DNA of 62,295 bases, counting the filler, from Basidioascus undulatus (lineage: Eukaryota): NCBI GenBank assembly GCA_000826855.1. It is 6 parts of 6 records of this genome, joined end to end, with 100 filler letters (N's around TTAATTAATTAA, not from the genome) between each part and the next. Parts side by side here need not be neighbours in the genome. Positions count along the whole stretch, not along the records: positions 1 to 10,320 come from JTLS01001146.1; positions 10,421 to 20,733 come from JTLS01001147.1; 4 more parts are not named here. One strand, written 5' to 3'. Numbering within the stretch: the stretch's first letter is position 1; the number at the start of each line of letters is the position of its first letter. The position numbers and the translations under genes are program-made. Below the pieces are notes generated by a model. It had not been told where the DNA came from. It ran no database searches and saw only the letters and a list, made by a program, of their open reading frames with translations. Positions 1 to 12,319 of this stretch are shown one piece after another.

Positions 1-545
1 GATGGAAAGTTCTGGAAGGGTGGCAACAGGGGTGTGGCTGGGAGGACCTTGGGTGTGATGCAGGGGAGTCTGCTCACAAGAGTGCCCCCTTACCCTCTAC
101 TTGCTCCCTATCTGGTCTTGCTCTCCCACTCCCACCCTAGCCCTAGTCTTTGCCCTAGCCCTACCTTGCTGCATAATCTATCCCTGCCACCATAAAGCCC
201 CGTCAGCTGGTAACCCCACTGTGGTCTGCCCTGCCCAGTCAAATTCTTGACAGCATGTCAAGTTTGACCTTCTGGGGAGCAGGTGGACAGAGGTGCTGGT
301 AGAGACAGGTTGGGGTAAGTTAATCTGATTGAAGGTGCTGTGCATTCAAACATCTGCATGTTTTTAATGCAGTTGTCAGGTGAGGACTGTTGCCCAGAGA
401 AGTCCACATTGTCTAGCCAGCACCCATTATCATTTCTAAATTGACAGCAAGCAATAAAAGGATCATTATGGAAGGGCAGGCAGCGTGTTCACATGGATGA
501 AAAATAAAAATGAAATTAATGTAAAGATCCTCTGGATAGGTATGA
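1..545. repeat. CpG-depleted, probably decayed repeat/transposon-derived sequence at contig end
   Basis: Almost no CG dinucleotides over ~545 nt, against abundant CG in adjacent genes; TG/CA-rich; no intact ORF; short CCCTAG iterations at ~135-165. No family-diagnostic motif seen. Confidence 0.45.
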
Positions 546-567
546 AATGGAAGGGCAAGGTAGGGTC

Positions 568-3500
568 TCAAGCGAAGATCAAGCCGGCTGCACTTTTCTC
601 CTCCCCGGCCCGCTGCTTGCGCTCAAACTCATACTCGCCTGGCGGGTAGCTATCATGGTACAGCAAGTCAGCCATGTAACAGTCCGTGTATCCTATAAGG
701 ATCGCGGAAGCGCAGCAGAAAACATACTCGATCACTTGCACATGTCCCTTCTTGTCCACATACGCACCCTCCGTGGTCGCCTGGACCTTGGCCTCAACCA
801 GGCGCGCAACCTGCTCCTCCGAGATACCCAGGTCATCGCGTGGCGCCCAGATGATGATCTGGTCATCCTTCATCGCGGGCGGGACGAACGCATCGTCAGC
901 CAAGGTCTCGTGGCCGCCCTGCGCGATGCTGCCGATGTCGCGGACACAGTCGAGGGGGCCAGTGGGGTCATCGAGTGCGCCGTTGTCGTCAATATTGTCC
1001 GACGCCTGCGCGTTAGGCTGAGTCGGTGCGGGAGCGTCGCGAGAGGCGTAGTGCGTCACCTGGACACCATTCGCGTCCGCAGATCCCTTCTTGGCGTCTG
1101 AGACACTCTGGCCCGCGCCGAGCTCGGCGAGAGGGACCGAGTTGTCGCCTGATTGACGCTGGAACGAGATGCGCTCATCGTCCCCGACCTCGGTCACGGG
1201 TGTCTCGGTCTGGGAGAACGATTTGCCCGCGAGCGTCAGGGGCAAAGCGTTGATGAGCGGGCCATACGAGCTGTTGATTGTCATATGTAGGAGGGCCTGG
1301 CGATCATGGTATCCACGTCAATCACAGCTGAGCTCGGAAGGAAGGTGAAAAAATGGGACAACGTACAGTGCAGACGATGAGGATGATCATCAAGATGCCC
1401 TGCGGCAGCGCGGCCTGGGACATGTTTCCCTCGGGACCCTTGCGGGCAAGGAAGAACAGCGCAGCGAGACAGACTTGGCTGATGTACATGCCGACGAAGA
1501 TGTGCTGGATGGCCTTCGGGAAGAACAGTCCGCCGGTGTCCGACGACCGAGGCATGTCGTAGACCTGCATAGTGAATGCGTTAGCAAGGTAAGCCAAGGT
1601 AAATGTAACTTTGACAACCAAGGTTGTGACGCACCCAAAGGAACAGGTACTTGTATGTGAAGTAGAACAGGCAGAACGTCACTGTGGCGAGGCCGTTCAT
1701 GACCGGCGCTATGACCGAGTAGGCGAGGGCTGCGTGCGCGATAGAGCAGTTGTCAGCTACTCAGTCCTAGCAGGTTGCGCCCTTTCTGAACGCACTGATG
1801 ACCATCAGGAGAGTGATGTTCGGGAACAGGGTGCCCCAGGCGACACTCGGCATGTCGTGGCGAATATGGAAGACTGAGCGAGGTCTACAGTGCCAAAGAC
1901 ACGCGGTCAGCCAACGCCGCACTGTGACATCCCCAACAAGCGAGCAAAAGCAATCACGCACGTAGATCCCAGGATCCAGAGCTTGACGTAGTAGATGATC
2001 AGGGTGGCGATCTGGAGAAGCGAGCCAGACGAGCCGGACAGGCCTTGGAGAATGACGTAGGTGAGGAAGAAGATGCTTGCGCCGGGAAGGTTGTTGGCGA
2101 GGATGGTTGGGAATGTGGTTGCATTCGCGTTGACAAGAAGGGGAAGCGACTTAATGATTCCGGACGCGAGGGTGACGATCAAGAAACCGTGCTAGGGTGG
2201 ACAAGGAAATCGGAGGTCAGCGCTCATCCTAGCCTACCACTTCAGAGAGAAGTAACACACGATGACGAGGAAGATGAAGTAACGCGTCATGAGCGACAGT
2301 TCGATGCCGGTTCGGCGCGGGATACCTTCGAGTTGGGCGAAAACTGCATGCAACATACGAAAAGTGAGCACGTGTCGTCGCTTCGACGTGAAGGAGGGAG
2401 ACTTACGACGAAGGACGATGGGCAGAAGTAAGAAGAGTACTGCGAGGAGTACGGGCGGAAGGATACCGGAAATGATACCCTTCACCACCCTGGGGAGGGG
2501 TTCGAGCCATCCGAGCCATGGGTATTCCTGAGCCAGCGTGGTGATGTTCGACAAGGCCCCAACGAAGGCAACTGCGCGCGGACACAGCGTCACCGCTGCG
2601 AACTTTCACCTTAAAAAGGAAGCAAGTTAACGCACCTGGGAAAGCCCACAGAATGATCAAGCCCGCGGTGAGTGCGTAGGAGATGAGATGCCGGACCTGG
2701 CGCTCGTAGGGGTTGATCCCGAGGTTGCTCCAGACAATGTCTGCGAGTCAAAAATGAGCTTGAATTATGAGCTTCAATTAATGCGCTTGCGTACCGTCGG
2801 GGCCGACTTCCGTATACTTCTCCGCCATGCGGTACGGGGCGTGGTGCGTGAGCGCCTGGACGCAGAGGTGCGCCGCGATCTGCTGGTTAAAGAGGACGAA
2901 GCATGAGCCTGGCATCACAGCTTCGTGATCAGCATACACGTTCAACCGTAGAGTAGCCGGAAATTCACGCACTAAGCGGCGGGTACTTGTCCGGGTTACT
3001 GGCGACCTCCTTGCGCTCGGCGACGATCTCCTCGTTAAGCTTCGCAATTTCCTCCCTACACCAGTCGATCGTGTCCACCTTCTCGCCCAAGAGACCGAAG
3101 AAGCCAAGCTTGTGCGTCGGCCGCTGTGCGCGGGGCACGAGGCGCTCGGCGACGCCACGCTTCTTCTCCGGGTCCGCGTCGGCCTCGTCGACGACCGTCT
3201 TCTTCGGCGCGGGCTTGCTCTTGTTCGCGGCCTTCTCGCGCGCGAGCTGGAGCTTACGCGCGATTTTCGCGAAAGCCGTGAGCGCCGAATCGAGCTTGCC
3301 GGCCGCCTTCACCCGACGGTCGTGCAGGTCGGGGAGGTCCTTCAGGTCGCTGCAGAAGCCGGCGTATCGTTCGTTAGCAGTCCGAAGCCAGAAGGGGGCA
3401 AGACGCGTGGCGAACGTACTGGTTGATCCAGATCTTACGAGCTTCGCCCGGGAGGAAGGAGAAGATGTGCTTGAGCTTCGCCTGCGTGAGCTCGGACCGC

Positions 3501-4273
3501 GGGACGCCTGTGATCAGGACAGTGTTCGCTTGCGCCGAGAGCGAGTGGTCCTTGTCGATGAGGAAGCGCTGGCGCGCGTTGATAAAGTAGGTCATCTCGA
3601 CCTTGATGTTATAGAGGATCCAGGCTGGGCAGCAAGACTCAAGTCAGCGAAAACCGACGCGGACCCCTTGTTTGTGGTTCGTTCTCCCAGCTCCCATTGC
3701 GAATCATACAGGATCGCGCCACTCACCAGTAAACATCCACGCGCAGATCAAGTGCGCAGCGTAGCGCGGGTACTCTTCATCCGTGTTGACGTTGCCGTAG
3801 GTGAAGATGTTGAGGCCCTTCTGGCCCGCGGTGGGCGCGACGGCGTCGACGGGCATGAGGATCGCCCAGGAGAAAAACCAGATCGGCGCGAGGATCTTGA
3901 CGCAGAGGCGGAGGAAGCGGAGGAACATGAACGAGTCAAGCCCGTTCTTGCGCACTACGTGTGCTAACGGCGCTCGTAGGACTGCGAGAGGCCATGTGAA
4001 GTAGTCGCGAGGGAGGGGCGCTTGGCGGAGCCTGGGGGACGGACACCCTTGTGAGACCTAGAGAGGAAGCGGACTCGCGGATGGGGGCCATGAGAACACG
4101 CACTTTGGAGGAGGGAGGAAGGTTCGGGGCTCGTAGATATTGCGGAACTGCGGCCGCAAGAGCGCGAAGGCGAGGACCTGAGCGCCGAAGACGGCGGCGT
4201 TGAGCACGATCGCGGTCGCGAACGACTCGGTCGACGCCGACTGGGCCTGCTCGGCCGAGGCGCTGTCGGACAT
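568..4273 (-). CDS. OSCA/TMEM63/CSC1 (PHM7/RSN1, DUF221) family calcium-permeable stress-gated channel, multi-exon
   Basis: Exon peptides MSDS...FALLRPQFRNIYEPRTFLPP, NGLDSFMFLRFLR, FVLFNQQIAAH, LANNLPGASIFFLTYVILQGLS, DTGGLFFPKAIQHIFVGMYISQVCLAALFFL, IIWAPRDDLGISEEQV are family-typical; GT-AG introns link them. Confidence 0.93.
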
Positions 4274-5641
4274 CTGGCCGTCGTTGGTGCCCTAAACAGA
4301 GGGTTGCTGGACGATTGGGATGGACTGGCTCGTGGAGCTGTTCGCCGGGCGGGGCGGAAAAAACTCGAGAGGGGGCGGGCGGGATGTTTCCGTGGGCGCG
4401 CTCGCTGTGGAGAGTCTTGTCGTCGATGCCTGCGCGGCAGGTGGTGGTGGTGCGGAAGGAAGAGGGTGGGAAAGACAGGAGCGTGGAGTGGATAGCTGGT
4501 GGCGGATGGTAGTGGTGGCTGGTGGCCAGGAAGGCCTAACAGAACGGTGTGAAGTTTGGGCAATCTCCCTCTCATTTGCGTCCTTCAGGGTCGCGCGACG
4601 CAGAACAAGCGCGCCTCCGATCCCAAAAATCAGTTCCAAATGTCGTCACCAGAGTGCTTAGCACAAACTCTGTGGATCATTGCTTGTTCTTGACTGTCTT
4701 GGGCATCGCCATGCGAAGGAGCGTGTGCGTCTTCTTTGCATTTTTTTTTTTTCACCTGCACTCCAGGCATCTTGCATCTTCCTGCTACAGACTTCCCCAC
4801 AGACTGAAGTGGAACTAGCGGGGTAGTGACAGATGCGCAGTACTCTTTCAGAATCAACGGCGATGTTGAACCACACGTGGTTCCTGCGCCGTCCTCAACG
4901 TCCTCAACGATTCGGAATACATAGTAATGGCGAGGTCAATGGCCAAGGCGTTAACTGAGGCAGCGTCCGGCTAAGGCTAGCCCTCGCCGAGCAACGCCAA
5001 ATTAACGCCTTCAATTTCAAGGACGACTGTGGGGATGCTTCGGCGATATCGCTTTGACTTTGCTTGCACCGAGAAGGAAGTTTGCCAGCAGAGTAAGGAA
5101 AGTCCGGAACAGGTGTGCGAAATGTGCCCAAGAACAGTTCAAGCACAGTTTAAGAACAGCCATGAATATGCTCGGGAACAAATCCTGTGAACTGCGAACA
5201 AGTATGAACAGGCTCTGTGTTCGCGAACTGTTCATAACTGTGTCAACAGCACCTTCCAGAGGCCACCTGGCACAGGCTTATGGAACGGAATGAAACTGAG
5301 CAGAGCGTGGATTGTACAGTTCCATGATGGCTGTGTCGCGGCTCTGTGCTATCAATCAATGTCTTGCAACGTCAAGAGGACAACGTTACTCGGACGGGTG
5401 GTGAGAGACTGCAGTCGATGATTAGGCTTTCAGGCCGAAGCCCTGATAAACTCCTTTTCCCTTTGTGACTGAGAAATTGATATCAGAATACAACATCGTG
5501 CAGCATGATTGATGAGCAGCAAAGGTGGTGAAAATTTTGAATGAGAAGGCAAACGACCTCTTGACGTAGTGTCACATGCGAGCTCGAGGTCCTGAGCCGC
5601 CCATCACCATCTCCTCTCGCCCTCATCACCTTATCCACACC

Positions 5642-6729
5642 ATGGACGCCCCAGACGACCCATTCGCTCTAAAGCTCCCAGGCTCGCACCTCGTCGGCGT
5701 ACCCGGGGCGCAAACAATCCTCTCACGGCTGTCCAACAAGCCGCGCGCGACACTCCTCCACGTCTCACACAACCCCCTCGGGCCGCAGGGCGCCCAGGCG
5801 CTCTTTGACGGGCTCGCGCAGGCCGAGGAGGGCACTGCCGAGCTGGAGGACATTCTTTGTGTTGCGTGTGGGATTGGGGATCAGGGGCTGGAGAGCTTGG
5901 CGAGGTACTTGGAGAGTCCAAGGGGGAGGAAGGTGGGCAAGCTGTGGGTCGGGAATAATGCCATTAGGGTGCGTTCAACTCCGTCTTGCATTCTCAGCAT
6001 CAAAACGAGAAGACATTGATGTTAGACTGACAAGGCCCTATGCTTGTGCGCCAGGGCACAGCGCTCCCCGAGCTCGTCCGCGTCCTCGGCGCACATCCAC
6101 TCCCCTTCCTCTCGCTCTCCACAAACCCTTTCGACCCGGAACGCTCCTCCTATCTCCTCGCGAACCTGTCCTCTCCATCCCTCGAACACCTCGCCCTGAC
6201 GACCTGCCGCCTCACATACTCTCACGCGCCGTTCATCGCGTCGCTCATCTCCGCCCGCGGCCGGCGCTGTCCACGCCTACGCGGGCTCAGCCTCAACGCG
6301 AACGACCTCGGCGTCGCAGGCGTGGGCGTCCTAGCCGACGCACTCGAGCGCGACTGCCTTGGGGTCGTCCAGCTGGACGTCTTCGCGAACGGCGACAGCG
6401 GGGGGAACGCGCGGCTCGAGCTCGCGCTGGGGCGGAACCGGGCGCTCGCGAGCGAGGTCCGGGCCGTGGCGAAGCGGGGGCTCGTCCTCGCTCGGATAGT
6501 GCTTCATGCGCGGAGGGGTGCGGCGGAGGAGGACCGGAAGCGAACGTTCAGGCTGCTGGATCTCCCGCCGGAGTTGTGGGAGGGCGTGGTGCGCGGCGTC
6601 GATAAGAGGAATGTGCTGAGCCAGAGGCAGTGGGGGGAGGTAATGAGGTGGGCGGGCGATAGAGGGACACTTGGGTGCGTGGCGGATGATTTTTGGGAGG
6701 GGACTGGGTGCGATGGATGGGACGATTGA
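5642..6729 (+). CDS. RNI-like leucine-rich repeat protein (2 exons, intron ~5969-6053)
   Basis: Repeated LxLxxNxLG motifs (LHVSHNPLGPQGAQAL, LWVGNNAI, LSLSTNPF, LSLNANDLGVAGVGVLADAL); C-terminal LLDLPPELW...LSQRQW; GTGCGT..CAG intron joins ORFs 5576..6019 and 6040..6729. Confidence 0.8.
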
Positions 6730-8045
6730 TGCAGGCTGTTCTACGCGACGGCGTGTGTTTGTGCAGCTGGAGGTACACCGACGTCCGGTATATCAAAGGG
6801 ATACGAACGGAGACGGTTAGTGGAATGCAGCGGATCGCATGTAAGGAAGAACAACACACGAACTCAAACAGTCGGACACCGCGTGCGTGGTGATGAGCCT
6901 CGTGCCACGTCCCGTTCGACCCTCGCCCATGAGCATCAGTTGGCTCCTTGCCCCCTAACACTCACCTCTCATGATCACTAGGCCCAAATTTGGCAATGAC
7001 CGAACCGATTCTACTGTATGATTTCTCTACACCGGAGGCAGCTGGGAGGCGAATTCAACGCTAATGTTCTCCGTGCTACCCTCTCTTTGACAGCTACGTT
7101 TCAGCTGCTTGCATGGTAGCAGGGATCATCATCGCTTTGGCCTGCAAGTCCCCATGTCCAAAGTACTCGAACTCCCGTGTACTGACCAAGAACCACCTTC
7201 CAAACAGCCGCTTTCTTTCCTGCTCGAAGCCCCTTAACAGCTCTCCAGTTCGTCCGCTTCTTCCTGCCTTCAAAGCCGACTGCACACAACCACTCCCGAC
7301 CCCCGTATAGAACATCCAATACTGAGCCCCGAGGTATCCACCTCTCCCCCATGCCCTCCATTCTCGGCCTCCAATCCAGCGCTCGGAAGCGTTCTAAGCG
7401 CTCGCTGCGAACTTCCTTTGTGGTCGGTGCGTTCCGCTTGACACTAGAGCGATCGGGATATGGGAAGAGAGGGCAGCTGAGGAGATGTGTTGGGTGGGTG
7501 GAAAGGCGAGGAGAGTGAGGGGACGGAGTGGTTGTCTGATTTTAGTGAGAGCGCAGATAGGAAGGAGGGAGTAGAGGGTAGAGGAGTGGGGGCGGAGGAC
7601 GGATGGAATGAGAGGAGGGTAGATTGAAAGGATGGTGGCGGACGCTGCAAGTTGAACCTATGGATCAGCAACTCCTGGCACATGCAGAAATTTGGAAGCG
7701 ATGAAGGGTGGTTAATTCGAGTGTTGAGGATCTATTGTGTGCCAGACGAGTTATCGAGTGTCTTGCAGCGCCCGGTACGCTGGACTACTGCGTTTCAGAT
7801 TTTTCATTTTCTTTGTGACGGGAGGCTTGCCGCAAATTACACGTGCAAGATTCCCTTACGGCACAACCAAACAAAACATCATCGCCGTCCAAGATCAGAA
7901 GACCAGTTACCCGTTGCGGACTCCGCGTGCGTGGCGCTCGTCCTCCCCCTGCTGCTCAAGCAAGTGCGGAGCGAGTCTGCAGTTCGCTTCCTTGTTTTCC
8001 TCTCCACCACCGTTTCATTCGGATCCACGAATCTCCCAAGCAGTC

Positions 8046-8686
8046 ATGTCGTCTGGGTAGTCGAGCGACAGGGAATGGGGACGCTGCAACCAGCTGAGAG
8101 CTGCTGACATCGTTCGACGCTGACAGGTACCTTGTTCCGGTCCTCGTTTCGGCGGTCCTTCTTGCCGTTGTATGCAAGTGGCCTCCAATCAGACACCTAT
8201 GGGTAAGGCGGCTGAACTTTTGTCTGCCAGTCGTCTCCTACTCCATCTACCGCGACTCCATCCGTGCGGTCTTTTCGTGAGTTTCCCCCATCGCTCCTTC
8301 TTCCGGAGCGGGATGCAGGTGTTGAGGCGAGGTACTCGGTACTCATAGGAACGCCAATAAGCGCCTTAAGGACAAAGGGGTGCACGTCTCGTCCGAGGGC
8401 GCGACCATCGTGTGCGACGAGCAGGCTCCGCCCACGGTCGAAGGCCTCAAGCAGCGCATCAAGACGGCTGTGCAGTCCTCAAGCATCGGTAGGCCCTTTT
8501 CACAGCCCCCCATTCCCTTCCGAGCGTCTAAAGGAGCCTAAATTGGGAACAACAGGTCAAGTCGGTGCTCAGACCGACGCACCTGCCAGCGTGAGCGAGT
8601 TGCTTAACCTCCAGGGGAAGACGGACGAGGGCGAGGTTCAGACTGAGGGGGCGGGGAGGTCCGAGAAAGCGGGGAAGACCGAGTAA
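8046..8686 (+). CDS. Small (~125 aa) single-TM hypothetical protein, 5 exons
   Basis: Exons 8046-8056, 8127-8173, 8231-~8276, ~8349-8488, ~8556-8686 splice in frame to MSSGYLVPVLVSAVLLAVVFVSYSIYRDSIRAVFSNANKRLKDKGVHVSSEGATIVCD...KAGKTE*; second intron has a GCAAGT donor. Confidence 0.7.
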
Positions 8687-8859
8687 GAGAGTTGGTCGGT
8701 AGGGGTAGGGTGCCTTGAAGATCTTGAACGTTGAATGAACAGGAAGAAGATGCAGAGTATGGTGCATACAGATGGGCAGCTGTAGTTGCGGCTTATCTGC
8801 ATGAGAAGGCCGGTGCGAGTTGTGTTTGTTTGATAACAAGATTGACCGCGTCGTTCAGG

Positions 8860-10320
8860 AATAATGGGCATGTTTTTCCGGGGAGCAAAGTAAAGGGAAG
8901 CCCCGGTCCCGAAGTCTTTGATGCGAAGAGCTCGTCTCTTCCAGTTCACAGTGACATGATCCTTCGCAAGGAGGTGCACATCGTGGTCGCAGTATGTGCT
9001 AGCCTGAAGCGCTGTCGTCTCGACGCCGGTTCTCCCAGACACTCCACCCGCAGTTGACCCTTCCAGTCCAGCGAGGATCCTGTCAAGATCTCCCTCTGCG
9101 TACTGGGGCACGGCGCCGACGGCTGCGCGCGATACCGCTCGGCGAAGATCGGGTCTCATTCGAAAGCGGCGGAGTGGTAGTGCTGTATTATCAGATCGTA
9201 GGCGAGACGCTCTGCGTTTCGATGGCATGTCATTAATCTGGCAGCCCCACGTCTGAGGTGAACAGAGTAGAGTGGGTGAGGTAAGGACAAACCTGTCGTC
9301 TGCGCGACAGAGCCGTACAACTTCTCGCAAACTGCATCCGCCAACGAGAGCAGCGTCCTATGGTATTAGTTAAACCGATTCTTGTCAGAAGGCGCACTTG
9401 GTTGCGTCTTCGTTCCTCTACGCCAAACGCCCTGCACGCTGACGTCCTTCACATCGAGCGCCATGACCTTCAAGAGCGCGAGGATGAGGACTATGCCCCT
9501 AAAATGCAGCCCGTCTATGGTCGCGCTGGTCAGGTACACTATTAGAGTCTTCGAGTGCCGACGTGAAAAGCGCATGCGCCAACTCTACGCGCTGCCTGTG
9601 GGCAGGCTGATCGAGGTCTCCGAGGGCATTGACTGCAAATCGGAAGAGATTCTCCCAAGACATGAGGATAAGTCCTTCTTAAAAGATCAGACGAGAGCGG
9701 TGACAGTGCGAGCAGATGGAGAGGCTTGCCAAGGCGGACACTGCCGGTCTCGAGCTCGCCACATTGCAGACCCTAGCAGCAACTCTGGATTACTTTAGCT
9801 TTTAGAATTCCAACAAGAACTGGGGCCTAATGAAGGCACCCTACCAACACACGCACCTTCCTCGCGTACCCGATTGCCGCTGCCAGGTCTCCCGCGGCCT
9901 CAGCTGCTACCGCTAGGCCATGGAAGCAATATGCCGCTGCAGGAGATGTGAATCTCAGTACGCTTCGGCTTCAACCACCCCATGAGCATCTCCTACCAAC
10001 ACACCGAATCACGCTCCAATTGCTCCTTCGCAGCTTGCCGGAACCCCTCCCAGTCCTCCTGCCGAATCGCATACTTGATTTGGAGGGTCGTGGCGACCTT
10101 CAGGTCTTCACCGCCTGAGTGCGAACGTAACGCTTCAACCGCTCGTGCGATCGCGTATGTAAACCCTTCGTACGCGCCCGCGGCGGAGGGAGGATGACCG
10201 TCGCGCGAGGCGGGGAAGAAGACGTCACTCCGACCGAGCTCCGAGAGCATCGGCAATACGCTTGCGCTCCGCCTCCTCGGCAACGCGCTGCTCCGCGCGA
10301 CGCTTCTTCTCGTCTGTGAG
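8860..10320 (-). pseudogene. Decayed coding-like region of unknown family, cut at contig end
   Basis: Protein-like stretches (LTDEKKRRAEQRVAEEAERKRIADAL; QIKYAIRQEDWEGFRQAAKEQLERD; CHRNAERLAYDLIIQHYHSAAFE*) broken by stops and frame changes. Confidence 0.3.
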
Positions 10321-10420
10321 NNNNNNNNNNNNNNNNNNNNNNNNNNNNNNNNNNNNNNNNNNNNTTAATTAATTAANNNNNNNNNNNNNNNNNNNNNNNN
10401 NNNNNNNNNNNNNNNNNNNN
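10321..10420. other. Artificial contig spacer (N44-TTAATTAATTAA-N44)
   Basis: Exact 100-nt linker with stops in all six frames; five identical copies in the window. Confidence 0.99.
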
Positions 10421-12319
10421 ACGGCTTCCTCTTCCCCTCCGAAGTCGCGCGGATCCGGTCCGCCCCCTCCGCCTCCCTCCCCGCCTCCGCCCGCCCCTGG
10501 GCCGAGCAGACGTCCTCCTCCGTCTGGCACTGGGCGTACCCGTCGATCCCCGTAGGGTGGCAGCGACCGTACCGTCCCGCCGGGCTCGCCGGCCTGAGCA
10601 CGCGCGAGAGGGTCGAAGCCCTCGTAGAGGGGAGCTGGTTGAGCTATGCGGTGGATGGGAGGGAGGGGAGTGGGGTGAATGAGACGCGGGGGGAGAGGAT
10701 GGAAGGGCGGGAGGTGAGTCCCCAGGCAGGGAAGAGGGATGGGGAGAGGAGAGGTGGGTGGATGCTGATGAGATGGGGGAGGACAGAATGGAGGGACAGT
10801 GATTGTGCATTCGGTTAAGAAGCACGAGTGGTTCCTCGATGCGGCGCTCGCGTTCGAGGACGAGTACTGAGCGCTTCTCTCTATTCCTTCTCTTGCCACC
10901 CGCACGCTTCCACTCCCACTCTCCCCCCTTTCCCACCTATCTTATTCACCCGCCCTCTTTCCCCTCCTCATCTGCAACCTCCTGTTGTCCCATCTTGTTT
11001 TACGCACCACACCACATCACAGCATACAGCATCGTCCATCGTCCAGCATCCACAGCATCACACCCCTTAGCACCTGTACACCCCACCACACCCCCGAAGC
11101 ATCCCGAGCTTCCGCATGTATACCCACGCCTCGCGCGCGTTCACACTGGTGCAACACGACGTCTTTGTTTGGCGGGTCTGGGCTGCGCACTTGGTAGCCG
11201 GAGACCTGTGGCTGCATCGCATATCGGATCGCCAGAGACTGGAAAATACCGTAGAAGATGCGCTCAGATTTTGCGGGTTGCGGTTCAGGGGCGCGGACGT
11301 GATAGCCGTCGTTATACGTGCCCATTCATTGCATGAAGTGCAGACTGCTGCACTGTTGCAAGAAGACCACTGTCATACCGTGCAATGTGACTCGCTTTCA
11401 ATCTAGGAGGTGCTCTATAAAATCTCCGTGGCATCCGACACTCAATGACCTGCCTGAAGTTCTCGCGACGAGAGGTACGCGAAGGGGTTCTGGTGCTCGG
11501 AGACTTGCAGCCGCAATCGCTCCGCTTTGAGCTGCAGGAGTGCAACGGAGGAGAGTGCGGATGCCTGTGTGCTGATATCACAGGTGGCTTTCTCTGGGCG
11601 TATATTCTGCGAGGAAGTTGGGCAGTGAGAGAATACCCAATACAGCCAGCTGAAAGCGTTGTCAGCAGTGTCGCGGGCTGCTCGCATTCCCGACCTCGTA
11701 GACTTCCATGCTCCCTGGGGGGAGTCCGGCGAAAACTTATCCTTGCTAACAAATCATTACGTCTCCCAGTGCGTAATTAAGAAAGAAAGTTGATGTTTGC
11801 GCAACAGCAAAGAGCGAGCGGGCAAACTTTCAGAGTGGGCGTCGCTCCCTTATCATGTATGGAAACAGTTTCACGAGTGGTACGGAGCACAACTGAGACG
11901 ATACTCCAGTAAGCTTCGCTGGAAGGATCGTGGTTGCACTCAGCAGTTACGAACTCACACCGATTCTGAGTGTCAGCATCCCGCTCAGACGCGGAACCCA
12001 CCCACGCCGCCCAAACCTCCCACAAGCAGGCTGCCCACGCCGGTGGGCCTTGACCCAGCTGAGATGGAGGTGTAAACTGATCCGGGTCCCACCTCCACCT
12101 CGCCCACTATGGGGCCCTGGTAATTGTCAAAGACCACGCCGCCCACCCCCGCACTTCCAGCGGGGATGGGCCCCAATCCGAAGCCGATGTCGAAGTAGCT
12201 GGGCGTAGGCCGCGGAGGCCGCGGAGGTCGCGGAGGAGGGGACGCCGCCCATCGAAGTAGTGCCGGTAGGCATGCCCCCGCCCACCTGCCGCCAGGCGTG
12301 CCGACTACGTGAATTATCC

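Noticed and set aside
135..170. Telomeric repeat (CCCTAG units near a contig end)
   Set aside because: Only about four imperfect units, internal rather than terminal, and not CCCTAA.
2987..3967. Long antisense/overlapping ORFs (also 18755-19630, 37636-38826, 57831-58796, 61185-62132)
   Set aside because: Shadows of GC-rich, codon-biased genes on the opposite strand; they run through introns and show no recognisable domains.
10365..10376. Regularly spaced TTAATTAATTAA as a biological repeat, piggyBac TTAA site or CRISPR-like array
   Set aside because: Always centred in exactly 44+44 Ns; a six-frame-stop assembly linker.
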